A DNA stretch of 58,896 bases from an uncultured Candidatus Bathyarchaeia archaeon (GTDB lineage: Archaea > Thermoproteota > Bathyarchaeia > Bathyarchaeales > Bathyarchaeaceae): positions 1-58,896 of the forward strand of contig CAZUFG010000001.1 in assembly GCA_964618655.1 (NCBI GenBank), written 5' to 3'. Every line of letters begins with the position of its first letter. Position 1 is the first letter of the stretch. Positions 8,839 to 17,438 of the stretch are shown piece by piece. The position numbers and the translations under genes are program-made. The notes beneath the pieces are model-generated. The model had not been told where the DNA came from, ran no database searches, and saw only the letters and a list, made by a program, of their open reading frames with translations.

Positions 8839-9687
8839 CTAAGTTTCTCTTTTTCCGAAGTTTGCAGCAAGTTTTATGGCGTCAAGAATGTTGACGGCGT
8901 TATCTTTGTTGAGGTCTGCTCTCGGGTCCCAGTTTGGAGATCCCTGCTTTGAACCGAAGGCTTTCGCTAATATGATGGCATCAAGAATATTTACGGTGCC
9001 GTCTCCATTGATGTCGCCTAGCACTGGTGTAGTCGTTGAGACTCTTATGGTATAGGTTTTGTTGCTCTGCAGTCCGAGGCTGTCGGTGACGGTTAGGGTC
9101 ACGGTGTAGTTTGCTTCTGTAGTGTAAACATGTAGTATGGTTGCATTACTTACAGTTGTGATGTTGCCGTCGCCGAAATCCCACTTATAACTTACAATTG
9201 GAAGAATGTGCGTCCCGTTCCAGCCGGGTGATGACCTAGAAGCATTAAAGATAACGGTTTCATTTGGATAGGGTCTGGATGGGTACCATACGAAGTCAGC
9301 TGTGGGTCCCGTGGGCGGTATGACATCTATTGGTTTAGATTTGGTGCACCATAACCCTTCACTGTCTGTTATGTTTAGGGTAACGGTGTATGTTCCCGTT
9401 TTTGTGTAGATGTGAGTTGCTATGGGTTGCGTTTCGTTGATTTTGGCCGTGTCGTCGCCGAAGTCCCATTCGTAACTAATGATAGTCCCTCCGTCAGGTG
9501 TTGAGGATGAAGCGTTAAAGGTTACTGTTGTGTTGACGTAGGGCTGGAGTGGCGAATAGGTGAAGGAGGCTTGTGGTGTGGATTCAGCATAAACTAGGAC
9601 TTTATCATTGAGAAGTCTTGTTGCAGTTGCTGTGCATCCAAATACGAATAATGCTGTAAGAATAATGCATCTCATTTTCATTTGCAT
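8839..9687 (-). CDS. Secreted protein with two PKD domains and a class A dockerin
   Basis: 282-aa ORF. Signal peptide: MRCIILTALFVFGCTATA. PKD signatures: FNASSSTPDGGTIISYEWDFGDD...YTVTLNITDSEG and FNASRSSPG...VSYKWDFGDGN...YTVTLTVTDSLG. Confidence 0.8.
   Translation of the reverse strand: MQMKMRCIILTALFVFGCTATATRLLNDKVLVYAESTPQASFTYSPLQPYVNTTVTFNASSSTPDGGTIISYEWDFGDDTAKINETQPIATHIYTKTGTYTVTLNITDSEGLWCTKSKPIDVIPPTGPTADFVWYPSRPYPNETVIFNASRSSPGWNGTHILPIVSYKWDFGDGNITTVSNATILHVYTTEANYTVTLTVTDSLGLQSNKTYTIRVSTTTPVLGDINGDGTVNILDAIILAKAFGSKQGSPNWDPRADLNKDNAVNILDAIKLAANFGKRET
8842..9024 (-). other. Dockerin module, class A
   Basis: VLGDINGDGTVNILDAIILAKAFGSKQGSPNWDPRADLNKDNAVNILDAIKLAANFGKRET. Confidence 0.9.
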
Positions 9688-9734
9688 GTGGGTTCTTCCT
9701 TCACCAGCTTTAACACTTTATTCAAGCGTGGATC

Positions 9735-9766
9735 TTTTATTTTAAGCATTGTGACGCTCATTTCCA
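9735..9766 (-). promoter_or_regulatory. Probable island promoter with a degenerate box TGGAAATGAGCGTCA (9752-9766) and an A/T-rich TATA region (9735-9746)
   Basis: The spacing of 5 nt from box to TATA is the same as at the other promoters, but the half-sites are weaker. Confidence 0.35.
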
Positions 9767-9792
9767 TTATTTTTAAATGCTAACAGATGTTT

Positions 9793-11070
9793 TCAACCAG
9801 TCTTTTTTCCAAAGTTTGCTGCAAGTATTATGGCGTCGAGGACGTTGACGACGTTATCTTTGTTGAGGTCTGCTCTCGGGTCCCAGTTCGGATCGCCTGG
9901 CTTTGAACCGAAGGCTTTCGCCAGTAAGATGGCGTCGAGGACGTTGATGATGCCGTCGCCGTTAATGTCGCCTAGAAGAAAAATTGTGAATGTTGTGCTA
10001 TTGGTAGCTACTGGTCGGTTTAAATATCGGGAAGTTGAGTATGCTGTATACTGGCCTGATGGTGCACGATAACCCTCGGTGCTTGGTAGTTTAAACAATA
10101 GGCTGTAGGTTCCCTCTGTAGACGTAAAGTAAACTATTTTGCTTGTAGATGTTGTCGTGGTCGATGCACCTCCACCTCCGACAGAAATCGTGAAGGTCGC
10201 AGATTTCTCCGGGCAGTATGGTGTTCCCCCATTCTTCGGCAGTTTGTCAAAGAGGCTGGCGTACACCGTTGCGTTACCGAGGGTGGCCAAATCTGGAATG
10301 AGTACCTCCGTAGACGCCCAGCTAGTTGAACCTGGTGAAACCTCCATTACGACTAGAATAGTGGCGAAGAAGGGAACAGTTTTCACGTCATATATATTGA
10401 TTGTAGCCATCACAGTTCTCGAATCATTGTCATTGTTTTTGAATGTTACTTTAAAATACGCTAGTTTTCCCCTTTCGAAGACGTATTTGGGATTCAGATA
10501 TGAATCGCATGGCAGCACCTCCAGAATCTCTACCAACGGGTTGCTGGGAGGCGTAGCACCTGTGGGCAGGGTTCTGAGGATGAATTCTTCATTCAATGGA
10601 TTGTTTGTCTGCAAACCTACTAGGCCATCTGGGACGGGTGACTGGCCTAATGTTAAGTTTCCAGAAACTCGGACGCTTTGTCCTGGGTTGTAGATGGTTT
10701 TATCTGCTGTCACAGTAACTTTAAGTAGTCCGAGAATGTTTATCGGTTTTGTTGTGGTACACCATAACCCTTCATTGTCTGTTACATTGAGTGTAACAAT
10801 GTATGTTCCGGACAGCGTGAAACTATGTGTTGTTATTGGATCCGTTTCTACAATTTCAGGTGTGCCGTCGCTGAAATTCCATTTATACGAGATGATGTAT
10901 CCGTCGGGATCGTAGCTTTCTGAGGCATTGAATGTGACCGTCGTGCTTTGAAAGGGTTCAAGTGGTGAGTAAGTAAAGTAGGCCTCAGGAGGTTGTATCG
11001 AAAAGCATGTTTGGGCTCCTGCCAAGAACAGTAAGGAAATTAAAAATGTAAAAATTACTTTCTTAAGCAT
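9793..11070 (-). CDS. Secreted protein: PKD domain, two beta-sandwich-like modules of unknown family, a G/T-rich linker and a class A dockerin
   Basis: 425-aa ORF. Signal peptide: FTFLISLLFLAGAQTCFS. PKD signature: FNASESYDPDGYIISYKWNFSDG...YIVTLNVTDNEG. Linker: GGGGASTTTTSTS. Confidence 0.75.
   Translation of the reverse strand: MLKKVIFTFLISLLFLAGAQTCFSIQPPEAYFTYSPLEPFQSTTVTFNASESYDPDGYIISYKWNFSDGTPEIVETDPITTHSFTLSGTYIVTLNVTDNEGLWCTTTKPINILGLLKVTVTADKTIYNPGQSVRVSGNLTLGQSPVPDGLVGLQTNNPLNEEFILRTLPTGATPPSNPLVEILEVLPCDSYLNPKYVFERGKLAYFKVTFKNNDNDSRTVMATINIYDVKTVPFFATILVVMEVSPGSTSWASTEVLIPDLATLGNATVYASLFDKLPKNGGTPYCPEKSATFTISVGGGGASTTTTSTSKIVYFTSTEGTYSLLFKLPSTEGYRAPSGQYTAYSTSRYLNRPVATNSTTFTIFLLGDINGDGIINVLDAILLAKAFGSKPGDPNWDPRADLNKDNVVNVLDAIILAANFGKKTG
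9796..9978 (-). other. Dockerin module, class A
   Basis: LLGDINGDGIINVLDAILLAKAFGSKPGDPNWDPRADLNKDNVVNVLDAIILAANFGKKTG. Confidence 0.9.
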
Positions 11071-11113
11071 GCTTATCTATCTTCCTTCTCTTGTAGATTG
11101 AGAGAGACTTACA

Positions 11114-11141
11114 TTACTAAAGCTTTTGGAACTAATTTCTA
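11114..11141 (-). promoter_or_regulatory. Island promoter: TATA-like TTTAGTAA (11114-11121) plus box TAGAAATTAGTTCCA (11127-11141)
   Basis: The gap is 5 nt. The TATA box lies 44 nt upstream of ATG 11070. Confidence 0.55.
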
Positions 11142-11198
11142 TTTGTTGGGAATCGGTCATCAGGTAATTCAAAACATTCTCTGCCGCTTAAATAGGGC

Positions 11199-11219
11199 AT
11201 AAAAAAAAGGGAAAAGGGG
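11199..11219 (-). terminator. C-rich tract plus T8 terminator-like element 3' of the 11235-13124 gene
   Basis: The minus strand reads CCCCTTTTCCCTTTTTTTTAT, starting 16 nt after the stop. Confidence 0.5.
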
Positions 11220-11234
11220 TTGATGGATTCCCTA

Positions 11235-13124
11235 CTACGCCCATGCAGCTAATATGGAGACTGTTGGTGGTTCTCCGGTAGATGTGTCTACGTATTCTGG
11301 GGTCCATGCGGCTCCGCAGAACCACGGTAGTTCGCTTAGGGCGTTGACGTGTATGGTTGCGGTGCCTGCACGTACGTGCTTATGCACATGTACTTTTACA
11401 CTGACCGTGTAGTTCGCGTAGTGACACCATTCTGCTCCGCCCACTTCTGTGCGGATGATCTTCATGCCGAATGGATATTGTAGTTCGTCCTTGAGCACTA
11501 TTGTGATGACTACTGGGTAGGTTAGTATTGCCTTGCTCTTGAAATTAACTGTGATGTTTATGTATTCGCAGTGTTTGTATTCCGCTTTGTCTGTGGTTAC
11601 GCTCACCCATCTTACGACCCAGTCGTAGTGGAACCAGAGCCAGTCTTTCACTGTTTGGGATGCTATGTCTACGCTAGCGACGACTGTGAAGACTCCGCAT
11701 AGTGCCCATCTATATTCTGGCCACGGTATTCTGAAGTCGACGAAGGCTGTACCGTTCTCGTCTGTCTCGGCTGATAGTATGATGACGAGTTCTCCTTGTG
11801 GGTCGCGTACCTCAAAGGTAACAACTTTCTGTTGTTCTGGCCATTCATTGTATGAAACGTTTGCCCATAGCCATATCTTCTTTTGTGGATACACCAAGTC
11901 AGCGGTCTCGTTTAGGCCTTGTCCACCGTACGGGTCTGGGTATGGTGTTGGTGGGTAGTCTACGTATCCGTCTGATCCCATGTATACGTCGATCATGCGT
12001 CCCAGCACTTTGGCCTTTATCTCATACCAGGCGTCACGTGCTGGAGTTGTGACAGGGATCGATTCACCTGTCTCGTCGCCGGCCATGTTGAAGGCATCGT
12101 CAAGGTCTAACCAGTCGCCTAAAACTACTGGGAACATGCCTTGCAGTATAGCCTTGAACTTGATCGTGGCTATTACCCCTTCGCCAGATGGGAATGGCGG
12201 ATACCATGTGGGCGGGAAGGTGGTGCTGTTTGGAAGAATCATTCCTCCGACCATCACGTAATCGTCTTCCACAATCTTTATGTAGAATACGCCTTCGTTT
12301 GGTGGTCCCGCGTAGGCTTCTAGGAATGTTCCGTTCTTCACTTCAAGGACTTCTAGTAGGGTTGTATTGTAGTGTAGCTTGAATTGGAAGCCGACAAGAT
12401 GCCAAGCTGCATCCACATCTTGGAGCTTTATGTCGATTTCGAATTCCTCGTTTAGAAGCTTGGCAACATACTTTGTTGGGTCTATCTGTCTCGTGTCCAC
12501 TTTGAAGTGTACCGGACCTGGTGGACCCCACTCATTCTTGTAGTAGCCATCATCTAGAGTTTGGGGCATTTTCACGCCGTCTGAGTCACCAAAAATGGTT
12601 TCCTCGGGTACAAAGGTTATGTTCGTGTCTACAAAGCCTTTCCATGGGGCTGGAGCGACGACCTCGAACAGGACTCTGAGGACGGTTCCACTTTCGTTTT
12701 TGGGCAAGTAGCCTTTTTCTTTTGCTCTGGTTAGGTTATAGACTGTGACAGCTACGGAGGCGTAGTCGTCACCAGCAGTTGGGGGTCCGATGAGGTTGAT
12801 GTTTCCTTCTTCGCCAGCCGGCGGCGCAAACCAGTAGCCTGCTGGAAGTGATGCGCTCTTTCCTTTTATGACCGAAGAGTTCCAAGTTATCTTGAGTTGG
12901 TAACCGCAGCATCCGTCGGTTGCGTTTCCTACGTCTTTTACTTTCACGTCAAGGTAGAATGTGGTGGTTGGAGCCCCGTTTACTAGAACTTTTGGATCAG
13001 GATCTATATACAGTGTTCCGCCTGAGGGTACATATGCGTGCGCTGGTGGAAGTACTGCTCCCATGCTTGCTAAGAGCATTGCCACTAGAACCATGATAGA
13101 TGCTTTTGTCTCTGTTCTATTCAT
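11235..13124 (-). CDS. Secreted scaffoldin-like protein: class A-like cohesin, class B cohesin and a C-terminal ~260-aa beta-rich region. No dockerin or anchor was recognised.
   Basis: 629-aa ORF. Signal peptide: ASIMVLVAMLLASMGAVLPPAHA. Cohesin 1: FYLDVKVKDVGNATDGCCGYQLKITWNSSVIKGKSASLPAGYWF...ESGTVLRVLFEVV. Cohesin 2: WHLVGFQFKLHYNTTLLEVLEVKNGTFLEA...GEGVIATIKFKA. Confidence 0.65.
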   Translation of the reverse strand: MNRTETKASIMVLVAMLLASMGAVLPPAHAYVPSGGTLYIDPDPKVLVNGAPTTTFYLDVKVKDVGNATDGCCGYQLKITWNSSVIKGKSASLPAGYWFAPPAGEEGNINLIGPPTAGDDYASVAVTVYNLTRAKEKGYLPKNESGTVLRVLFEVVAPAPWKGFVDTNITFVPEETIFGDSDGVKMPQTLDDGYYKNEWGPPGPVHFKVDTRQIDPTKYVAKLLNEEFEIDIKLQDVDAAWHLVGFQFKLHYNTTLLEVLEVKNGTFLEAYAGPPNEGVFYIKIVEDDYVMVGGMILPNSTTFPPTWYPPFPSGEGVIATIKFKAILQGMFPVVLGDWLDLDDAFNMAGDETGESIPVTTPARDAWYEIKAKVLGRMIDVYMGSDGYVDYPPTPYPDPYGGQGLNETADLVYPQKKIWLWANVSYNEWPEQQKVVTFEVRDPQGELVIILSAETDENGTAFVDFRIPWPEYRWALCGVFTVVASVDIASQTVKDWLWFHYDWVVRWVSVTTDKAEYKHCEYINITVNFKSKAILTYPVVITIVLKDELQYPFGMKIIRTEVGGAEWCHYANYTVSVKVHVHKHVRAGTATIHVNALSELPWFCGAAWTPEYVDTSTGEPPTVSILAAWA

Positions 13125-13171
13125 ACTTCTCCCTTCTCTTTCAGCAAGTAAACAGTATTCGTTTATTCTGA

Positions 13172-13198
13172 ATTTAAGTGTTCCGGAATTATCTTCTA
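13172..13198 (-). promoter_or_regulatory. Island promoter: TATA (TTAAAT, 13172-13177) plus box TAGAAGATAATTCCG (13184-13198)
   Basis: The gap is 6 nt. The TATA box lies 48 nt upstream of ATG 13124. Confidence 0.55.
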
Positions 13199-13304
13199 TA
13201 TCACAATATCTCAGATGAGGTTGTTGGAAAGAGCTAAGGGAGTAATGTTAGCTTTCATGAGATATATGCGTGAAATTAAAACTTCGCGCTACTTGAGGTT
13301 TCTA

Positions 13305-13338
13305 CAAACAAAAGGGGGGGGTGGACGCTATTGCGTCC
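13305..13338 (-). terminator. Hairpin (GGACGC-TATT-GCGTCC, 13323-13338) followed on the minus strand by a C8 run and TTTTGTTTG, 3' of the solute-binding protein gene
   Basis: A perfect 6-bp stem with a 4-nt loop is read directly from the sequence. A G8 homopolymer lies at 13314-13321 on the plus strand. The element starts 16 nt after the stop at 13354-13356. Confidence 0.5.
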
Positions 13339-13353
13339 TTGGAGTTTGGCGTT

Positions 13354-16236
13354 CTACTTCCAGCCGAATTTGCCTGCTAGTTTGATGGCGTCTAGGATGT
13401 TGACTGTGTTGTCGCTGTTTATGTCGGCTCTTGCGTTCCAGAGTCTGGTTCCTATCTTGGCTCCGAAGTTTGCTGCAAGCGCGATGGCGTCTAGGATGTT
13501 GACTTGGATGTCTAGGTTCAGGTCTTCAGGTAGGGTTACCCAGAAGTGGAAGGTGACGTTTATCCATTGACATACCCATGGGTTGGGTACTAGTTCATAG
13601 TGTGCTGGTGTGCCGCCAAGGAATTCGCTCAGAGTCCACGTGTATTCCCATATTTCTGGTGGACCCTTTACGTGGACGGCTACTTTTATGTCGTAGGTGC
13701 CTTTTGGCCATGATGGCATTGAGTAGTATGGATACGGCAGATCGTACAAGTCTATATGTTCTTTGTCTGCGTAGGCGACTTCGATTAGTGGAGGATCACA
13801 GACTGGAAAACCAACATACGGAGGCACTGGGTTGATTGTTTCTACGTGGTACCATCCGTCTTTCGTCGGTTCCTCGAAGCAATGCAATAAGAGTTTGTCG
13901 CATGGGTCAAGTTTTCCGTTGCAGTTGTCTTCCCAGTCCAAAACTAGGTAATGCACTGACGCGTTCGGGCAGCCACCGATCTGTTCAAATTCGGTGGTTA
14001 CTGGATCTGACATGTTGAGGTAAGTGATGTTGTGTAGGTACGCGTTTGTGCCTGGCAGGTGAATGTTTTCCGGATAGCCTGGTAGGAGGTGTTCTCCTGA
14101 CGCGTTGCTGAAGTAGACGTATTTGTCTATCCAGAGTATGCTTCCGTGGCATTGGTTCATGAACATGTTCTGGATCTGTAGGGTGAACTTGAGGTCAGCA
14201 GCCGCCGTGCCTGGTAGGAATACTTGTAGACCCTTGTATTTCTCTGGCGCATCTATTTGAGGGTCAACGTCCATTGGGCATGAGTGGAAGAACAGCGGGT
14301 TCCTCACGAGCGTCGCATGGTCAGCTGACGCGTAGTCAACGAGCTTGTAGGACCCTGTGCCTATGTAGTTGGGGTCTGGTCCCGGTATAGTGCGTGTTAT
14401 TAAGTCGGCGTCGCCTTTTTCAAGGATGTCCTTCCATATGTGCCTTGGTATGATCGGGACGGCTATTCCAACCCACATTTTCGCCCAGGTGGATCTGTAG
14501 TTGTACAGTATGACAGCGGTGCACGGGTCAACCTTGTAGACGCTCTTGGCTGTTGGGTACACGTAGGAGCTGAACCAAGGCTCTGGTAAGCCGCGTTTCG
14601 CCAGCGTGTATGAAACGTCCATGAACGAGAACACCACGTCGTCAGCTGTTAGATCATAACCGTCTGACCACTTGATTCCAGGTCTTAGCGTGACCTTGAC
14701 TCCTGTTTTAATCTTACCATCTGCGGGGTCAGTCCATTCGAACATGTCTACTTTCTTCGCCAGCCACGGTATGAAATCAGCTTGTGTGTTGGGGTCACGC
14801 ATCAGCAAAGTGTCGTAGATATTGCCTAGAATTTCCATGTCCCAGTACCAGCTTGCGTATATGATGTTTAGTTGTTCCACGTCTGAGACTTTCCATCCGT
14901 AGTACAGGGTCATGTTTTGGCCGTCGCCTATCTCGTAGCCGGCTGGGTGAGCGTTAAGTTTCGTCCAGTAGCTGTTCTCTCCGAAGCCAAGCTCGTTAAC
15001 TATGCCCTTCCACATGAGGCCTCTATACTTGTTTTGTCCGTCATCTGGCGCGGTCATTACGCCGCCGTTGCCTCCAGTGTAGGCCCTAGAAATGGCTTTT
15101 GGAGATGCTGTTGACATGCAAGGTATGGCGCCGACGGCGGTTGGTGCTGCCCACTCTTCTTGGGCCCGCAAGCAAGCGTCTCTCATTTCTGCCGTCGTTT
15201 TGTTCCCTGGAAACTTGATTATCTCTGCGTATGGTTGGTATGCCGTGATGTTGTAGTGGCCGTAGTTATTGGGTCTACCTGGGTGCCAGTACCCTGCAAT
15301 ATGGTATAGGTCGTATAGGTAGTCTGGTTCTGGACCCATGAAGATCCAGCCGCCAGTGTACATGTCGTAGTTCTTCTCGATCATAACCTTTGCACTGCAT
15401 GTGGCTCTGTCGACCAGGTGGAGGTCGACATCAATCTTTATTGGACCTGCCCCTAATATTACACTCAGCCTAGCTGCCATGTCGTTTCGCCACGCATGAT
15501 CAGACCTTCCATAGATTACTAATTTGAACTCTTCGCCGGCATCATATTTCCCATTTTTCGGATAAGTGGTGCCGTCTGCCTTAGGCTTGCCGTCCCAATA
15601 CCTCCAAGCATACTCGCTCGCATTGTATATGAAGCCGTCATCTGTCAGTATTTCGGCTGCCATTGTCACGTTAAACGGATGCGTTAAAGACTCTAACGCC
15701 CCGCCAGGCCTTATGTCAGGATGTACCCAATAAGCCATGTAAGGCAGGATCAGGGTGTACATCGGAATTGAAAGCCCTTCGGTGACGTTAGCTACGATAT
15801 CCGCTCGGTTCACACAGTGGGCTAATGCATGTCTGAAACTCGCCTCGCTGGTAGCGCTGGGAAACGCTGGGTTCGGACTGTCATCCATCAGCTTTGGATA
15901 CGGGTTGTTGTTAATATCCCAAAGGTAGTAGCCTCTTTCGCTACCCGGCGGTGGAAATGGAATAATTTTGAGAGTCGCGTTATTTGTGCCCCACCTGTCT
16001 ATGAAGTACCGGAGTAAACTCCAGTCTACTATGTCAAACTGGCCCTTCTCCATAGCTGTGAAACAAAGAACGTCAGTGGCATACATCCTAATGATAAGCC
16101 GATCCACTCTCGGTCCAAACCTCTCAAACTTGAGGTCTTCATTGCATTCAGGGTAAACCCATGCAAATGACGGTGCCGAGCTCAAAAGCAGCAAAGCTAT
16201 ACTAAGAAGTCCAACAAACGCTATCTTCGTATTCAT
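13354..16236 (-). CDS. ABC transporter solute-binding protein, family 5 (OppA/DppA-type peptide binding), with a C-terminal extra domain and a dockerin
   Basis: 960-aa ORF. The signal peptide MNTKIAFVGLLSIALLLLSSAPSFA has no lipobox. Family-5 hallmarks include LRPGIKWSDGYDLTADDVVFSF, and the size is typical. It is divergently adjacent to the OppB/C/D/F-type genes. The C-terminal 57 aa form a dockerin. Confidence 0.8.
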   Translation of the reverse strand: MNTKIAFVGLLSIALLLLSSAPSFAWVYPECNEDLKFERFGPRVDRLIIRMYATDVLCFTAMEKGQFDIVDWSLLRYFIDRWGTNNATLKIIPFPPPGSERGYYLWDINNNPYPKLMDDSPNPAFPSATSEASFRHALAHCVNRADIVANVTEGLSIPMYTLILPYMAYWVHPDIRPGGALESLTHPFNVTMAAEILTDDGFIYNASEYAWRYWDGKPKADGTTYPKNGKYDAGEEFKLVIYGRSDHAWRNDMAARLSVILGAGPIKIDVDLHLVDRATCSAKVMIEKNYDMYTGGWIFMGPEPDYLYDLYHIAGYWHPGRPNNYGHYNITAYQPYAEIIKFPGNKTTAEMRDACLRAQEEWAAPTAVGAIPCMSTASPKAISRAYTGGNGGVMTAPDDGQNKYRGLMWKGIVNELGFGENSYWTKLNAHPAGYEIGDGQNMTLYYGWKVSDVEQLNIIYASWYWDMEILGNIYDTLLMRDPNTQADFIPWLAKKVDMFEWTDPADGKIKTGVKVTLRPGIKWSDGYDLTADDVVFSFMDVSYTLAKRGLPEPWFSSYVYPTAKSVYKVDPCTAVILYNYRSTWAKMWVGIAVPIIPRHIWKDILEKGDADLITRTIPGPDPNYIGTGSYKLVDYASADHATLVRNPLFFHSCPMDVDPQIDAPEKYKGLQVFLPGTAAADLKFTLQIQNMFMNQCHGSILWIDKYVYFSNASGEHLLPGYPENIHLPGTNAYLHNITYLNMSDPVTTEFEQIGGCPNASVHYLVLDWEDNCNGKLDPCDKLLLHCFEEPTKDGWYHVETINPVPPYVGFPVCDPPLIEVAYADKEHIDLYDLPYPYYSMPSWPKGTYDIKVAVHVKGPPEIWEYTWTLSEFLGGTPAHYELVPNPWVCQWINVTFHFWVTLPEDLNLDIQVNILDAIALAANFGAKIGTRLWNARADINSDNTVNILDAIKLAGKFGWK
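13357..13527 (-). other. Dockerin module, divergent class A
   Basis: EDLNLDIQVNILDAIALAANFGAKIGTRLWNARADINSDNTVNILDAIKLAGKFGWK. The first loop keeps positions D1, N3, D5, N9 and D12. The second loop is canonical. Confidence 0.8.
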
Positions 16237-16288
16237 TTTTTCTTCTCTCTCCTTTCTCTAACGGCACTTATATGTCAGCACAGAGAGG

Positions 16289-16316
16289 TTTAAAAGTCTT
16301 ATGGAAAAATGTTACA
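16289..16316 (-). promoter_or_regulatory. Divergent promoter region between the SBP and permease genes: TATA-like TTTTAAA (16289-16296) plus box TGTAACATTTTTCCA (16302-16316)
   Basis: The box closely resembles the 38382-38396 box (shared ATTTTTCCATAA). It sits inside the larger inverted repeat CTTATG...CATAAG (16298-16320). Further TATA-like elements lie at 16268-16275 and 16337-16344. Confidence 0.45.
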
Positions 16317-16352
16317 TAAGAAAAAACCGGGTCAAAACTTAAATACCAAATT

Positions 16353-17438
16353 GTGAACAGTAAAATTCGAGGCTTCGAAATGGGCTTAAGGGCATACATA
16401 GCGAGGAGAATAGTATATTCGGTTGTCCTCATATTCTTCGTAATCACTCTCAACTTCATTATATTCATGTTATTACCAGGAGATCCCACAGAACTCTTCG
16501 TAAACCCCCGAGCGGTATGGGGTGCAGAGCAACGTCAACGTCAAGAGCAACTACTCAGAGACCTATGGGGCATTGGAGACCCTATTCATGTACGATACGC
16601 AAAATACGTGGTTAACATGTTTACTTGGCAGTTCGGGGAATCGATGACAGTTGCGCAGGGCGTTCCTGTTAGTACCAAGATACAAGAGTACTTGCCAAAT
16701 ACGATACTTTTAATGGGCGGATCAGTAATTTTAGCAATAGTAATAGGAGTTTTTCTAGGCGTTTTGGCGGCTTATAAAAGAGGAGGATTATTTGACACCG
16801 CAAACGTAACCATTTCCATGGCCTTCAACTCACTGCCCGTATTCTGGATGGGCATGATGTTCATCCTAATATTCTTCACCACACTAGGGTGGCTGCCAAT
16901 TGGTCACGTCACGCCAGGCGGTTGGATCACAAACCCACCCAAACCACTGGCGATATCGGGTTCCCTCCCGAACACAGTTTTCTCAGTCAACCTAGGAGAA
17001 ACCCTAAGGTATTTCAGTGGACGCATAACACATTTGATCCTACCCATGGCAACCCTCACCCTCTTTCAGTATGGAGCCTTTCTCCTTCTAACCAGAGCGA
17101 CTATGTTGGAAGCCCTTACAGAAGACTACATAGTCACTGCGCGGGCAAAGGGAGTCGCTGAAAGAAATGTCTTGTATAAACATGCACTAAAGAATGCTTC
17201 CCTGCCCTTGATAACTAGCGCAGCCATAAGTCTAGGGTTCATGTTTTCAGGGGCAATAATCACCGAAACAGTCTACACATGGGCAGGACTCGGAACACTT
17301 ATTTACAAGTCAATATCTTTTTTAGACTACAATATCCTACAAGCCCTCTTCTACGTTATAGGACTGTGTGTCATCATAGCAAATTTCATAGCAGATATCC
17401 TCTATGGAATAATTGACCCCAGAATCAAGTACGGGTGA
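16353..17438 (+). CDS. Peptide ABC transporter permease (OppB/DppB-type)
   Basis: 361-aa ORF with multiple TM segments. N-terminus: YIARRIVYSVVLIFFVITLNFIIFMLLPGDP. C-terminus: IADILYGIIDPRIKYG. Both are typical of the family. The track start is GTG 16353; ATG 16380 (MGLRAY...) is the more likely start. Confidence 0.85.
   Translation: MNSKIRGFEMGLRAYIARRIVYSVVLIFFVITLNFIIFMLLPGDPTELFVNPRAVWGAEQRQRQEQLLRDLWGIGDPIHVRYAKYVVNMFTWQFGESMTVAQGVPVSTKIQEYLPNTILLMGGSVILAIVIGVFLGVLAAYKRGGLFDTANVTISMAFNSLPVFWMGMMFILIFFTTLGWLPIGHVTPGGWITNPPKPLAISGSLPNTVFSVNLGETLRYFSGRITHLILPMATLTLFQYGAFLLLTRATMLEALTEDYIVTARAKGVAERNVLYKHALKNASLPLITSAAISLGFMFSGAIITETVYTWAGLGTLIYKSISFLDYNILQALFYVIGLCVIIANFIADILYGIIDPRIKYG

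Larger units (their letters stand above)
7291..9021 (-). repeat. Tandem segmental duplication, two units of about 860-870 bp (7291-8161 and 8163-9021)
   Basis: Each unit holds a dockerin 3' end, a stop codon, a terminator/promoter intergenic region, a start codon and a class A cohesin. The units align collinearly. For example ggtggtgaattcttaaagtatccatcgatggcgtcgtgaggtaacggatta occurs at 7291 and 8163. ccaccttctcctctcttccttgc occurs at 7857 and 8718. ggctttgaaccgaaggctttcgctaatatgatggcatcaagaatatttacggtgccgtctccattgatgtcgcctagca occurs at 8082 and 8943. Confidence 0.85.

Noticed and set aside
7976-9978. Regularly spaced ~180-bp near-identical segments that might be a repeat array or CRISPR-like
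   Set aside because: The repeats are dockerin-coding 3' ends about 860-950 bp apart inside ORFs. They show no short direct-repeat/spacer organisation and there are no cas genes.
10139-10693. 184-aa plus-strand ORF, together with 10694-10915, 5416-5790, 6049-6357, 11665-12382 and similar plus-strand ORFs inside the island genes
   Set aside because: All lie antisense to much longer minus-strand ORFs that have clear domain content (PKD, cohesin, dockerin). Their products are low-complexity with no motifs. They are shadow ORFs.
13314-13321. G8 homopolymer as a phase-variation switch
   Set aside because: It lies in the intergenic 3' region of the SBP gene, next to a terminator-like hairpin. It is not within a reading frame or a promoter spacer.
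8013-13570. Repeated plus-strand ORFs starting MASRMLT.LSLL.SAL (8013-8201, 9830-10072 and 13331-13570)
   Set aside because: They are antisense images of the conserved dockerin-coding segments. The repetition reflects dockerin conservation.
3486-16236. Interpretation as a classical polysaccharide-degrading cellulosome
   Set aside because: I can recognise no glycoside hydrolase, carbohydrate esterase or CBM signature. The identifiable cargo is a subtilase and a peptide-binding protein. The beta-helix modules could still be carbohydrate-active, so this rejection is provisional.
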